Sequence record: NC_048792.1
Reading direction: 5' to 3' (one strand)
Length of the DNA stretch: 64,000 bases
Shown here: piece after piece, positions 27,676-37,171 of the stretch
How positions within the stretch are numbered: position 1 is the first letter of the stretch
How the letters are laid out: every line of letters begins with the position of its first letter
Notes under the pieces: model-generated
Database searches by the model: none
What the model was told of the DNA's origin: nothing
The model's input: only the letters and a program-made list of their open reading frames with translations
Program-made: the position numbers and the translations under genes

Positions 27676-29127
27676 TTGGGTGTTTATCTGTTAAATCCGG
27701 ACTATGACAGGGATATCGCAGCTCTGCCTCGTCCTCCAATTATCCTCAATGATATCGACCCGGCGCATTATGAAGGTACTGATCCAGTCAAAGAACTGAC
27801 CATGACCGAATATAGCGACGACTTCATTGAGACATTACCGGCGTGTGAGTGTGGCCACACCCATGGTCGGTATAATTCATCGAACGACCCAAGTATCCCT
27901 AACACGGTATGTCCGAAATGTCAGACTGAAGTGATGAGCCCAATCGATCGAGGGTTTAAATCTTCTGTGTGGCTGAGAGCACCTAACGGTGTTCGTGCGT
28001 TCATCCGTATCAATGCGTTGGTCATGTTGCTGAAGAACTTCACCCAGGAGAACTTCTCGGCAATTGAATGGCTCTGTAACACCAAATATAAGCCAACCAA
28101 CGATACCAGTGCCACGTTCCGTCGGTTCAAAGAACTGAACATCCCTCGTGGCTATAATCACTTTATCGAGAACTTCGATGACATCCTGGGAGCGATGGTG
28201 GATAGTAAGATATTCAAGCCATCTGCTAACCGTAACGATGCGTTGGTGTATTTCGATAAGTTCAGGGATCTCCTGTTCCCAACCGTCCTCCCGTTGCCAT
28301 CTCGCCGGTCTATCATCACGGAGCTTAGTAACAAAACTCGCTTCTGCGCTGAAGGCTATGCAGATGTTGTCGATGCTGCACGAGCTATTTATAGCTTGGT
28401 CGGTAAAGATGAACCGCGTTATCAAGTGACTAAGGAATATCACGTATTCCGAGCACTGATGATGTTGGTGAAGTATCGGGAATATATCGACAAGAACATC
28501 CTGGGTAAGAAAGAAGGCTGGTTCCGTAAACAGATCTATGGATCTCGTACCGGGCCAACTTATCGTGGCGTAGTAACGTCTATCGCGGGATCTCACGACT
28601 ATGAAGAAATGCATATGCCGTGGGGGATTGCGTTAGGGGTTTATCACACCCACTTGATCGGAAAGTTAGTTCGTCGCGGATTCACCATCCAAGACTCTGA
28701 GGATCTACTGATCTCTTCGGTAGGGCGTTATAATCCGCTGATCTCCACACTGCTGGATGAGCTGATTGACGAATCTCCGTTTACGACAATTAGCGGTAAA
28801 CGTGGGCTGCCTCAGTTGCTGGGTCGAAATCCAACGTTGAACTTACGTTCGATTCAGAACCTGTTTGTCACCAAAATCAAAAGGGACGTGCACGACAATA
28901 CTATCGGCCTATCGCTGCTAGTACTCAAAGCTCCGAACTGTGACTTTGATGGCGATATGCTCGGTGGGATGCCTATCCTGAGTAAGGCGGATTATCATCG
29001 TGTGCGCAAATTAGCGCCTCACACGGGTACATTCGATCTGAACAAACCGCACGCCTTGAACAACAATATGGCGTTGGGTGCTCCGGTAAGGGCTACGATA
29101 AACAACTACCTTCACAGGAGGAAGTAA
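27676..29127 (+). CDS. Non-virion RNAP beta-prime N-terminal subunit (phiKZ gp55-like)
   Basis: Zinc-binding CECG...CPKC, RNPTL, and catalytic NCDFDGD (NADFDGD variant). Confidence 0.9.
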   Translation: MGVYLLNPDYDRDIAALPRPPIILNDIDPAHYEGTDPVKELTMTEYSDDFIETLPACECGHTHGRYNSSNDPSIPNTVCPKCQTEVMSPIDRGFKSSVWLRAPNGVRAFIRINALVMLLKNFTQENFSAIEWLCNTKYKPTNDTSATFRRFKELNIPRGYNHFIENFDDILGAMVDSKIFKPSANRNDALVYFDKFRDLLFPTVLPLPSRRSIITELSNKTRFCAEGYADVVDAARAIYSLVGKDEPRYQVTKEYHVFRALMMLVKYREYIDKNILGKKEGWFRKQIYGSRTGPTYRGVVTSIAGSHDYEEMHMPWGIALGVYHTHLIGKLVRRGFTIQDSEDLLISSVGRYNPLISTLLDELIDESPFTTISGKRGLPQLLGRNPTLNLRSIQNLFVTKIKRDVHDNTIGLSLLVLKAPNCDFDGDMLGGMPILSKADYHRVRKLAPHTGTFDLNKPHALNNNMALGAPVRATINNYLHRRK

Positions 29128-29748
29128 TTGAAAATTTCTATAGTTAGCGGAGATGAGCGATCGTTCCGAGCGGCTGCGTTCGGGATGCCTGATCGTGACT
29201 CCGTAGAGCGGACATATTCTCGTCTGGAAGAATTCAGTCGTGGGTTGTCTTCTCGGGCAAGGGAAGGTCTGGAGCGTACTCGTGGGTTGATTGAATCCAT
29301 GTATGACGATACGGTGCGTAACTCGCTACGTATTCTGGGCCGGGTTAAACGCGGGCTGTTCCGTGATGACGTTATCCAGTTCTTGGATGATCAGACGGAA
29401 ATTGCCACAGCACCGATGACCATGCGTCGTTGGATTCTGGCGCACCCATTCATCCGTAGTCGTTATGATACCCAGTCCATTGATGCTTGGGGTAGTAAAC
29501 CCGGTCAGTGGGATCTGGAAGGTAAAGGCTATGAAGATCTCTTCTATCGTGCAGCGACCAATGGTCTGGCAACGAAGAACGAGAAAGGTGAATGGTGGAG
29601 CGAATATACGTTTGGCGGTTGTTCTGTTCCTGGTGCGGGTACTATCTCTCTGGAAGAGCAGATGGATATCCTGGCTACCTGGGATATTATTGACGACTGC
29701 ATCGCAGACGGAATCGATCCGACTTCAGTAATGAAAGAGCGTCTTTAA
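29128..29748 (+). CDS. Conserved chimallivirus hypothetical protein
   Basis: 206 aa, TTG start coupled to the RNAP stop, followed by a terminator. Confidence 0.65.
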   Translation: MKISIVSGDERSFRAAAFGMPDRDSVERTYSRLEEFSRGLSSRAREGLERTRGLIESMYDDTVRNSLRILGRVKRGLFRDDVIQFLDDQTEIATAPMTMRRWILAHPFIRSRYDTQSIDAWGSKPGQWDLEGKGYEDLFYRAATNGLATKNEKGEWWSEYTFGGCSVPGAGTISLEEQMDILATWDIIDDCIADGIDPTSVMKERL

Positions 29749-29830
29749 TAGACGAAGAAGAGGGGCGTTTGCTCCTCTTCTTTTTTTGTTCGAATTCTAT
29801 GGACAAGTAATCATTCATTAGGAGTTCTAG

Positions 29831-30226
29831 ATGGCAACTGTACATGCCTCTTTAAACGGGTACGGTTACACCAAAGACCCAACTATCATTGCCGATGAGT
29901 TATTCGGCGAGAGCATCTATAGCAGGCGCTCTCAGACCGAGATCTACTTCGGGAAGATCGTCTCCTTGGACGACATGATTCGACAATTCAGCGATCGACC
30001 TACTGAGCTTTGTAAGGAGTTGGAAGATCAATACACTGAGTTGTTTGGTCGTCACTTTGTGGACGTACGGGTTCAGGCTACTTCCGAGGAACCTGAAGGT
30101 AAAGACGCTTTCAACGTAGTGTTAAAAATTAGATATCTGCGAGATGGTATACGGTACGACTTCGCGCGTGTCATCGAGCACTACGATGGCGTCGTTAAAG
30201 AGATTACAAGGATACTTGACAAATGA
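29831..30226 (+). CDS. Conserved hypothetical protein, possibly gp25/gpW-like
   Basis: 131 aa, AGGAG RBS. The fold guess is weak. Confidence 0.5.
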   Translation: MATVHASLNGYGYTKDPTIIADELFGESIYSRRSQTEIYFGKIVSLDDMIRQFSDRPTELCKELEDQYTELFGRHFVDVRVQATSEEPEGKDAFNVVLKIRYLRDGIRYDFARVIEHYDGVVKEITRILDK

Positions 30227-30786
30227 CCGATCTCACCCCTCCAATTCCTCAGGAAGATACTAGCTTCCTGGATGCGATCTTAGACTGGAGCGAAGCCTCC
30301 ATCGGATCCATCGATAAAGAAACCTTTGCTCGTACCTGGCTCCCTGCCTTGACCAGCGAAGATAAAGTTATTCGTGAAAACGCCTGGCGTGCTTGGGAAG
30401 CTGACGTTGCTAAAAGCTTCTCCTTGCCGGTCTATGTTACCGAAGACGGCGAACGTAAGTGGTTAGTTCCCCCTGTCATTGGTACCATTAACTCGGGTTA
30501 CACTGCCAACCCGATGTCAGTAAATACTCAGAACCAGATGGTAGCAACTATGCGTAACCGTCTGCTCGCCAACGGCGACATTGCCCAGGACAAAATGTTC
30601 GAGGGTATCGCCAATGCAGATGGCACTGCCGCAGATATCAATAAGTTCTATCAGCTGAACTGGTTTGTTATTCTCCGTGACTTCGGTCACCTGAAAGATG
30701 AATCTGGAAAGGCGGTTGCTGCTACTAATGTAGACGCGGCTAATGGTACTGATGATGTCTACGAAGAAGGCGAGTATGATTTCTGA
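30223..30786 (+). CDS. Conserved hypothetical protein
   Basis: 187 aa, ATGA overlap. Confidence 0.7.
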   Translation: MTDLTPPIPQEDTSFLDAILDWSEASIGSIDKETFARTWLPALTSEDKVIRENAWRAWEADVAKSFSLPVYVTEDGERKWLVPPVIGTINSGYTANPMSVNTQNQMVATMRNRLLANGDIAQDKMFEGIANADGTAADINKFYQLNWFVILRDFGHLKDESGKAVAATNVDAANGTDDVYEEGEYDF

Positions 30787-31900
30787 CGAAAAAGGCCTGC
30801 GTATTGGGCTCGTCAGTGATGTTCACTTTTTCCATAAACGGACTCGGTCGCCACGTATGTTGGCGGCCATCCGTCGTCTATTTCCGGATAATGACGAAAC
30901 GGGAGAATTAGACATCATTGCGATTACCGGTGACTGGACAGATCACTTGGTATCGTTAGATGATCCCGATGTATATTTCGCCCAGGAAGCGGCGATTTAT
31001 TTGATGCGCCTCTGCGCCAAACGGGACATTGATCTTATCGTCCTGGAAGGTACCAAATCCCATGACCGAAACCAAAACATCATGTTCGATAAATTGAACA
31101 AGATACTGGAATTAGGTTGTAACGTTATCTACCGAGACACGCTGTGTATTGAGTATCTGGAAAAGCACGGGATTAACATTCTGTTCTTACCTGATGAATG
31201 GTCGCCTAATGCTGAGGTTACTCTGCAACAGGCCAAAGACTTGATTCACTCTCGTGGCTTGGCAAAAGTTGACTTTGTCTTTATGCATGGCGGATTCACT
31301 TACCAATTACCCGGCATCCCATCTCCAGCGTTGCACGACGCAGTAGCATGGAGTGAGTTAGTTGAGTATGCGGTATTTAGTGGGCACATCCACACTCACT
31401 CTCGTTATCTTAACGTCATGTCTGTAGGCTCTCTGGAGCGACTTGGGCACGGCGAAGAAGAAAACAAGGGCGTAGTCTACATGACCTATGCAAATGGGCG
31501 TGAGGCTGACTATGTGCGTAAAATCAACCATGATGCTAGGATTTACCGTACTCTTGATGTTCAGGGTATGGAGATCAATGACGTCTTACAGATTATTGAT
31601 TCAGAGGGGCCGTGGGAACCCGGTTCTGCGATTCGTCTTCTGTTCGATCCTGAAGATCCTAAGATGGCTATAATGGAGGCGGTAAAAGCAATATACGGAG
31701 ATATTGAGTTTACTGAGAAAGTCAACGGTAAGAAGTTAAAAACAATGCATCGTGGTACTGCGTTTGTCCAGCAGAAATACGTAGCTACGCCGATTACTCG
31801 TGCAAACGTATCTTCTCTTTTAGAGAAACGTTGGTCTGATCGCGGTACTGATTCAGCAACCATCGAAGAACATCTTGATTTGGTAAGGGGACTTTTGTGA
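30776..31900 (+). CDS. SbcD/Mre11-like metallophosphoesterase nuclease
   Basis: SDVHF, TGDWTD, EGTKSHD, MHGGF and SGHIH motifs. Confidence 0.85.
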   Translation: MISDEKGLRIGLVSDVHFFHKRTRSPRMLAAIRRLFPDNDETGELDIIAITGDWTDHLVSLDDPDVYFAQEAAIYLMRLCAKRDIDLIVLEGTKSHDRNQNIMFDKLNKILELGCNVIYRDTLCIEYLEKHGINILFLPDEWSPNAEVTLQQAKDLIHSRGLAKVDFVFMHGGFTYQLPGIPSPALHDAVAWSELVEYAVFSGHIHTHSRYLNVMSVGSLERLGHGEEENKGVVYMTYANGREADYVRKINHDARIYRTLDVQGMEINDVLQIIDSEGPWEPGSAIRLLFDPEDPKMAIMEAVKAIYGDIEFTEKVNGKKLKTMHRGTAFVQQKYVATPITRANVSSLLEKRWSDRGTDSATIEEHLDLVRGLL

Positions 31901-32301
31901 AGGCAATTGTTAGAAACTCAATGGAGGTCACCGTAGACAATACGGTGCCTTATATCCTACTTTTGGTTTTGTCGCCTGTATTGGGACTTATCGCTAAGGT
32001 AACGTTCTGGTCGTTTTACGGCGGCTCCAGTATTTTGATCTTCGGGGCAGGTGTTGGGTTAATCGTTCACTGGTGTTCGTGGGTGATGACTAACACTACT
32101 GAAAACGACGGTATCCCTGGCTGGTTAGCTGGGGTAATGTCTTACCTGGCTGTCAGTATTGGTTTTGTTCTGATCAACTGGGGACTCCACCTTATCGACT
32201 ACAGAGTACGAGTTGATACAGCTAACGCATCTATCGTCTGTCTGTTAGCGGCATCTGCCGTACCGTTGATTCGCTTATGGTTCGATAAACGAAAAGGGTA
32301 A
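31897..32301 (+). CDS. Small multi-pass membrane protein
   Basis: About four hydrophobic segments. Confidence 0.65.
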   Translation: MKAIVRNSMEVTVDNTVPYILLLVLSPVLGLIAKVTFWSFYGGSSILIFGAGVGLIVHWCSWVMTNTTENDGIPGWLAGVMSYLAVSIGFVLINWGLHLIDYRVRVDTANASIVCLLAASAVPLIRLWFDKRKG

Positions 32302-32304
32302 GTT

Positions 32305-33129
32305 ATGAACGCATACGACGTCCTTTCTCAGCGGGCTGTCGGCGAACTTCCGATTTCTATAGGCACGGCTCTAGCTCTTGAGGGGCTAGAGAAAAACATT
32401 AGCGCTGGTGATTCTGGTAATCAGCGCTATGGTGCTTTGTGGATTAACATTCGCACGCTGTACCGTAACATCTACGAATCGGTGGAGAATATCCGCCGAC
32501 CTTTATTAACGCCAAAAGCAATTGCGGATACATTGATCGAAGAAGTTCAGTATATTCGTCGTTTTGCTAGCGGTAAGATTGATCACGTTCAGTTGTACCA
32601 CCGTGAGTACGCAGATCTACTTCGTCGGTTCCCGAAAGCGTATATTAAGGTTCCTAATACCCCGTTGCAAAAACAATACGATGCGTTCATGAACAAGACA
32701 CTGGACATTGTCATTGCTCGTGATGTCGACCAAAGTATTGAATGGGATAAGGGATCGATATTGCGCGGTGAGCCTACCAAAGCGTTGATCATTACTCACT
32801 ACCCGGTTGACTTACTTTCTCGTACCAAGTTCACTCAGCTACGTTTGCTGGAGTCGTACACGGCTGCGATTAAGTCTAAGTCGCAATGGAACACGAAGTT
32901 GACGGAAGGTAAGAACCTCAAGAACATGCCTTTCAACGATTTCACTATTCAGGTGTTTGGCGATGGCCCGACGCAGTTCTTGCGTATGCCAATTGCAATT
33001 CGCCGAGCGGTTATCGATTGTGCAATTAAGTACAAATGGACACCGATGACTACCACTGAAAAGATCCGTCAGAACATCCAATGGATACCTGACAAATCGA
33101 TCGTGGAGCTACTCAGAGAGGCCCTCTAG
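32305..33129 (+). CDS. Conserved chimallivirus hypothetical protein (possibly a degenerate PIN/FEN-like fold)
   Basis: 274 aa. LWINIRTLYRN resembles the first PIN strand and helix with Asp replaced by Asn. Confidence 0.55.
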   Translation: MNAYDVLSQRAVGELPISIGTALALEGLEKNISAGDSGNQRYGALWINIRTLYRNIYESVENIRRPLLTPKAIADTLIEEVQYIRRFASGKIDHVQLYHREYADLLRRFPKAYIKVPNTPLQKQYDAFMNKTLDIVIARDVDQSIEWDKGSILRGEPTKALIITHYPVDLLSRTKFTQLRLLESYTAAIKSKSQWNTKLTEGKNLKNMPFNDFTIQVFGDGPTQFLRMPIAIRRAVIDCAIKYKWTPMTTTEKIRQNIQWIPDKSIVELLREAL

Positions 33130-33206
33130 TAGTATTTTACGCCGGCTCTAGTGATATGAGCCAACTTACAAATTTATCTTCAAACCGAATATTAAGGGTT
33201 TACCAA

Positions 33207-33992
33207 ATGGCAGAACAAAAGTCTTATAGCCTGGGTCGTCGCGAACGTGCACTCGATGATTGGGCATGTCGCCTGTTTGCTCCGGCTACTCAAAACAGCG
33301 ATGGTAAAGAACCATTCCTGTTTATTGATTTCCGCTACAATCATCAGGATAAAGTTCGCGATATCCAGATGGGTGTAAACCTGCGCAAAGGCGGTAAAGA
33401 CGGTAAGATCGACTTCTTCCCTAACCTGGTTCAGTTCAACGCGCTGTGCGAAGCTATCCGCATGGTAGCTAACGACCAGATCCCTGACGGTATGGTCAAA
33501 ATGGAAGTCATGACTACGTTCATGTTCGGTAAGAAACTGGATCGTCCAGAAACCGAATTCATGATCGTGGTCGGGAAAGACCAGGAAGGTGTATTCATCG
33601 GGATCACTCAGAAAGGCCGCGATAACGTGAAGTTCTACTTCACCGGTCCGCGCATGACCGTTCTGCGCAACCGTGCAGGTGAAGTGTTCGATAACTCGGT
33701 CACCAGCAAAATCTTCGCAATCGCTCGTGCGAACATGTGGGAAAGCCACATCAACTATCTGATGCAAAGCGCATACCTGGACGCTCCTGAACTGGAGCAA
33801 GCAAAGGAAGCGAAGAAACGCGCCAACCAAGCACGCTTCAGCCAGAACCAAGGTCGCCAGGGCGGCGGCGGAAATTCATGGGGCGGAAATGGTGGTGGTA
33901 ACGGCGGCGGCAATAGCTGGGGCGGCGGTCAGCAACAGCAACAATCTGCTCCTCCAGCCGATGGCGGCTTCGATAACGACATTCCGTGGTAA
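33207..33992 (+). CDS. chmC: Probable ChmC-like nucleic-acid-binding protein with a Gly/Asn/Gln-rich tail
   Basis: Lies immediately upstream of the gp68-like subunit and has a low-complexity G/N/Q tail. Assignment is by synteny from memory. Confidence 0.6.
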   Translation: MAEQKSYSLGRRERALDDWACRLFAPATQNSDGKEPFLFIDFRYNHQDKVRDIQMGVNLRKGGKDGKIDFFPNLVQFNALCEAIRMVANDQIPDGMVKMEVMTTFMFGKKLDRPETEFMIVVGKDQEGVFIGITQKGRDNVKFYFTGPRMTVLRNRAGEVFDNSVTSKIFAIARANMWESHINYLMQSAYLDAPELEQAKEAKKRANQARFSQNQGRQGGGGNSWGGNGGGNGGGNSWGGGQQQQQSAPPADGGFDNDIPW

Positions 33993-34049
33993 TACGGTAA
34001 AGCTGCTGAGGGCAAGTAGCCCTCAGCAGTCTCTACTATTTTTCACGTA

Positions 34050-34065
34050 TATATTACCTAATTGA
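34050..34065 (+). promoter_or_regulatory. Early promoter TATATTAC-N5-TGA
   Basis: ttcacgtaTATATTACctaatTGA. Confidence 0.8.
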
Positions 34066-34095
34066 TAACAAACCAAATGGTCTACAGGAGACTTC

Positions 34096-35613
34096 ATGGA
34101 AATCTATTTTGATCCGGAAATCGACGAGAAACAAAAGCTCGTTTTGATGGGACATCCCGGAGAAGAGCCGTTGGTCTGGGACATGCGTTATTACAAGAAG
34201 GTAAACGCGGAAATGTTTCGGGACATCAACGATTTCTGGCGGTGGCGTCCAGAAGAAGAGCAGGCTGCGATCTTCCAGGCGTTCAGGAATATCCGCGATG
34301 TGCTCGGTGTAGTATTCGATCCAAACGTCCTGTTCAGTATCATCAACAAGGAAGTCATTAAGATCGCGAAGTATCATCCGATCGACCTGGTTGATCACTG
34401 GGTAAGAACGCGTTCTCAGATTCGTTTTCCAGATAACCTGAAAGACGAAATGGATGAGCGTGACCGACCTGAGCAAACGTATCTGCGTGACGACTATCGT
34501 CAGCTGACGTCTCTGTCGGTAATCCTGAAGTTCATGTTGCCGATCTGGTCTGAGTATACCATGCTCAAACTGGGGTTGCGTGAGAACCAGCAGGAAGTAG
34601 TATCCATGGCGTTGCTGCAACGTAGTGGTATTGAAGAGAGTGCTCCATTCCAGCGGTTCCGCGTATTCGTGGATTATATCGCATCGGATAACGATCCGGG
34701 CATGAGAAACATTCTCGAAGGTATCGGGACGTTGGACATGCCGGAGTGGATCTTCAGTCTGATGATGGTAGAACGACTGGCAGCTGCGGTAGTGTCTCAC
34801 AACGACGATGCGAACAAAGAGCAAACAGTTAACCTGATCTCTACGCTCTGGGCACAAACTCGGGCTAAACTGAGCCCTGACCAGAACCGTAAGAAAGGAG
34901 ATGTTCGTCCTAAGACGTTTACGTCGGCGAACGGTAGCGAAGAAGACAACTCGTCTACAGCGGAAAGTTATAAGCCCAAGGAACGTATCAGTGATGGTAC
35001 TCGAATTGAGTTCGACTATTCTGCAGCAGATGCGGCGTTGATGGGTCGTCGGTTGATGAACGATATCGATCTGGATCTGTTGAAACGACTGGTTCGTCGT
35101 AACTCGCTCCGTAAGTATTTCAACCCGACCGAAGAGCAAGTTAAGTTAACGGCACTGACGTTAGCGAAAATTAACCCGACTCGTGCAATGCCTCACACCG
35201 ATCGTACCGGTGCGATTAACATGTTGTCGGTAGCTCAGACCTATCTGCATCAGAAAGGGTTCTCTACTCTGGCTGATCTGTTAGGTGCAAGTCGCGGTGA
35301 GCCGTGTAATACGATCTCTGGTAGCGAGCAGATCAAAGATCACCACAAAACTATACTGGCAACCATCTATCCATATCGTCGCCAAGTAAAAGCGGGTACT
35401 GGCTCTAAGACGGTATTGAAAGATCCGGGCACAATTGCCATTGAAACATTAACAAGTAAATTCGCAGGCTATTATTGGTATCGTGATACCGATGACGTCA
35501 TTGCGGAAAGCTCCAAGATGGTTATTCGGGAAGGCGGTATGGTTATCCCTAGCGATATCCGACTGATCCTGGCTGACTTCATCATTGCATTAAACGGCCC
35601 AACTGGCCTGTAA
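34096..35613 (+). CDS. Non-virion RNAP promoter-specificity subunit (phiKZ gp68-like)
   Basis: 505 aa helical protein at the expected syntenic position, with its own early promoter. Confidence 0.7.
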   Translation: MEIYFDPEIDEKQKLVLMGHPGEEPLVWDMRYYKKVNAEMFRDINDFWRWRPEEEQAAIFQAFRNIRDVLGVVFDPNVLFSIINKEVIKIAKYHPIDLVDHWVRTRSQIRFPDNLKDEMDERDRPEQTYLRDDYRQLTSLSVILKFMLPIWSEYTMLKLGLRENQQEVVSMALLQRSGIEESAPFQRFRVFVDYIASDNDPGMRNILEGIGTLDMPEWIFSLMMVERLAAAVVSHNDDANKEQTVNLISTLWAQTRAKLSPDQNRKKGDVRPKTFTSANGSEEDNSSTAESYKPKERISDGTRIEFDYSAADAALMGRRLMNDIDLDLLKRLVRRNSLRKYFNPTEEQVKLTALTLAKINPTRAMPHTDRTGAINMLSVAQTYLHQKGFSTLADLLGASRGEPCNTISGSEQIKDHHKTILATIYPYRRQVKAGTGSKTVLKDPGTIAIETLTSKFAGYYWYRDTDDVIAESSKMVIREGGMVIPSDIRLILADFIIALNGPTGL

Positions 35614-35645
35614 AATAAATCGACTAAGAAAAGGAAAGACAATAA

Positions 35646-37139
35646 ATGAAACCTCAAGTTATCGACGCAATCTTCTTCGAATCTTCTAACTACGATGATC
35701 AGTTCTCTCGTTCTTTCGATACTCACTTCGACGGAGATGTATCGAATGACCTGTTGCGTAACACCAACAACGGTCGTAACTTGTCACCGACTGCATTGTC
35801 CCGTTCTGTGGGTTCTGCGATCACGATGCAATCTCGTCACCGTGGCGAAATCGTAATCCCAGGCGGCTGGGGCGAAAAACGTCTCAGTTTCATCATCACT
35901 GTACTGATCGACGATTATAATGGTCGTAGTCGTCGTCAGGTATTGACTGGCTATACTGACTATAACGGCGTGTCTCGTGTAAGTGGTTCTCTGGATGATG
36001 AGATGTTGCTGTATGTCAACAACTCCACCACTATCGCAGATACCGTGTTCAGCACCGGTCGTGGTAATACTCGTCGTTCTCGTATTGAGAGCAACGATTA
36101 CATCATCCGACCAAACGCGCTGCGTAACGACCGTACTCGTCGTCTGGGCTTTGACGAACCTGAACGTCTGCTTCGTCCAAACGATATCTTCAATAACCGT
36201 TCTATTGCAGAACAAACTCGCTTCCTGGGCGGTAGTGACGAAATCATCGATACTCGTGGCGATCTCGGTAACGAAATCAAACTGGGTCGTCGTACTGATA
36301 ACAATGCGTCCAACTATCTGTCTCGCGTTCTTCGTGCAGGGATCATGGCTGAAACTAACACTCAGCCGGAGTTCAATGTCGAATCTCGTTTTGCGGCAGA
36401 AGAGCTGACTCCAGCAGAACATGCAGCAGCGGCAACTATGCCGAACGATATCGGTTCAAACACACTGTTCATGGAATTCCTGGCCAGCTGTGATTTCGGC
36501 GTAAGTGGTTCCATCACTCTGCGTGAGTTTGCAGACTGCACCGATTGGGATGAGCGTGCAACGCGCTTCATCGATGCCGGCGAAGTGGGTAAACGTGGCT
36601 ATACTGGTTACGAACGTGGTCGTGGTAGCGACTGGAAAGGCTCTGACCGTAAGACCATCGCAGCATCTATCATCGCGCAATCTGTTCCGGCGTTGATGAT
36701 GCAACACTTCATCTCCGATGCTATCATTAAGATCACTAATGATACATTGACTGGTGAAATGAAAGCGCTGGTAGAAGGCCCTCGTGCAATGATCCCAGGT
36801 ATGGACGTAACTCCGTATCTGACTCCGCTGGAAGACCTGCTGGTTCTGCAAGTCGGCGAAGTGGTATCGCACAACAACCAAATGTTGATCGATGTTCAGA
36901 TCGACTGTTCTGTCATCACCGATATCAAAATCACCATCAGCATTGAAGGTGATGAGGACGAAGAGTTCGTAGCTCCGTGCTTCTGTGATGGTTTGACTTC
37001 TCCGATGAAAACTCCTGACTACGATCAGGCAGCTAAGATCGGTAACGATCTGAGTGCAATCATCGACGATGTCGTAGACCAAATGCGTGCTGAAACTGAT
37101 GAGCCAACTCGCGACTACTTCGACCGCGACGGTTATTAA
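35646..37139 (+). CDS. picA: Probable PicA/Imp1 nuclear protein-import factor (phiKZ gp69-like)
   Basis: 497 aa directly after the gp68-like gene. Assignment is by synteny from memory. Confidence 0.6.
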   Translation: MKPQVIDAIFFESSNYDDQFSRSFDTHFDGDVSNDLLRNTNNGRNLSPTALSRSVGSAITMQSRHRGEIVIPGGWGEKRLSFIITVLIDDYNGRSRRQVLTGYTDYNGVSRVSGSLDDEMLLYVNNSTTIADTVFSTGRGNTRRSRIESNDYIIRPNALRNDRTRRLGFDEPERLLRPNDIFNNRSIAEQTRFLGGSDEIIDTRGDLGNEIKLGRRTDNNASNYLSRVLRAGIMAETNTQPEFNVESRFAAEELTPAEHAAAATMPNDIGSNTLFMEFLASCDFGVSGSITLREFADCTDWDERATRFIDAGEVGKRGYTGYERGRGSDWKGSDRKTIAASIIAQSVPALMMQHFISDAIIKITNDTLTGEMKALVEGPRAMIPGMDVTPYLTPLEDLLVLQVGEVVSHNNQMLIDVQIDCSVITDIKITISIEGDEDEEFVAPCFCDGLTSPMKTPDYDQAAKIGNDLSAIIDDVVDQMRAETDEPTRDYFDRDGY

Positions 37140-37171
37140 TCCAACCCAATTTTAAAAGAGAGTAAAGTATA

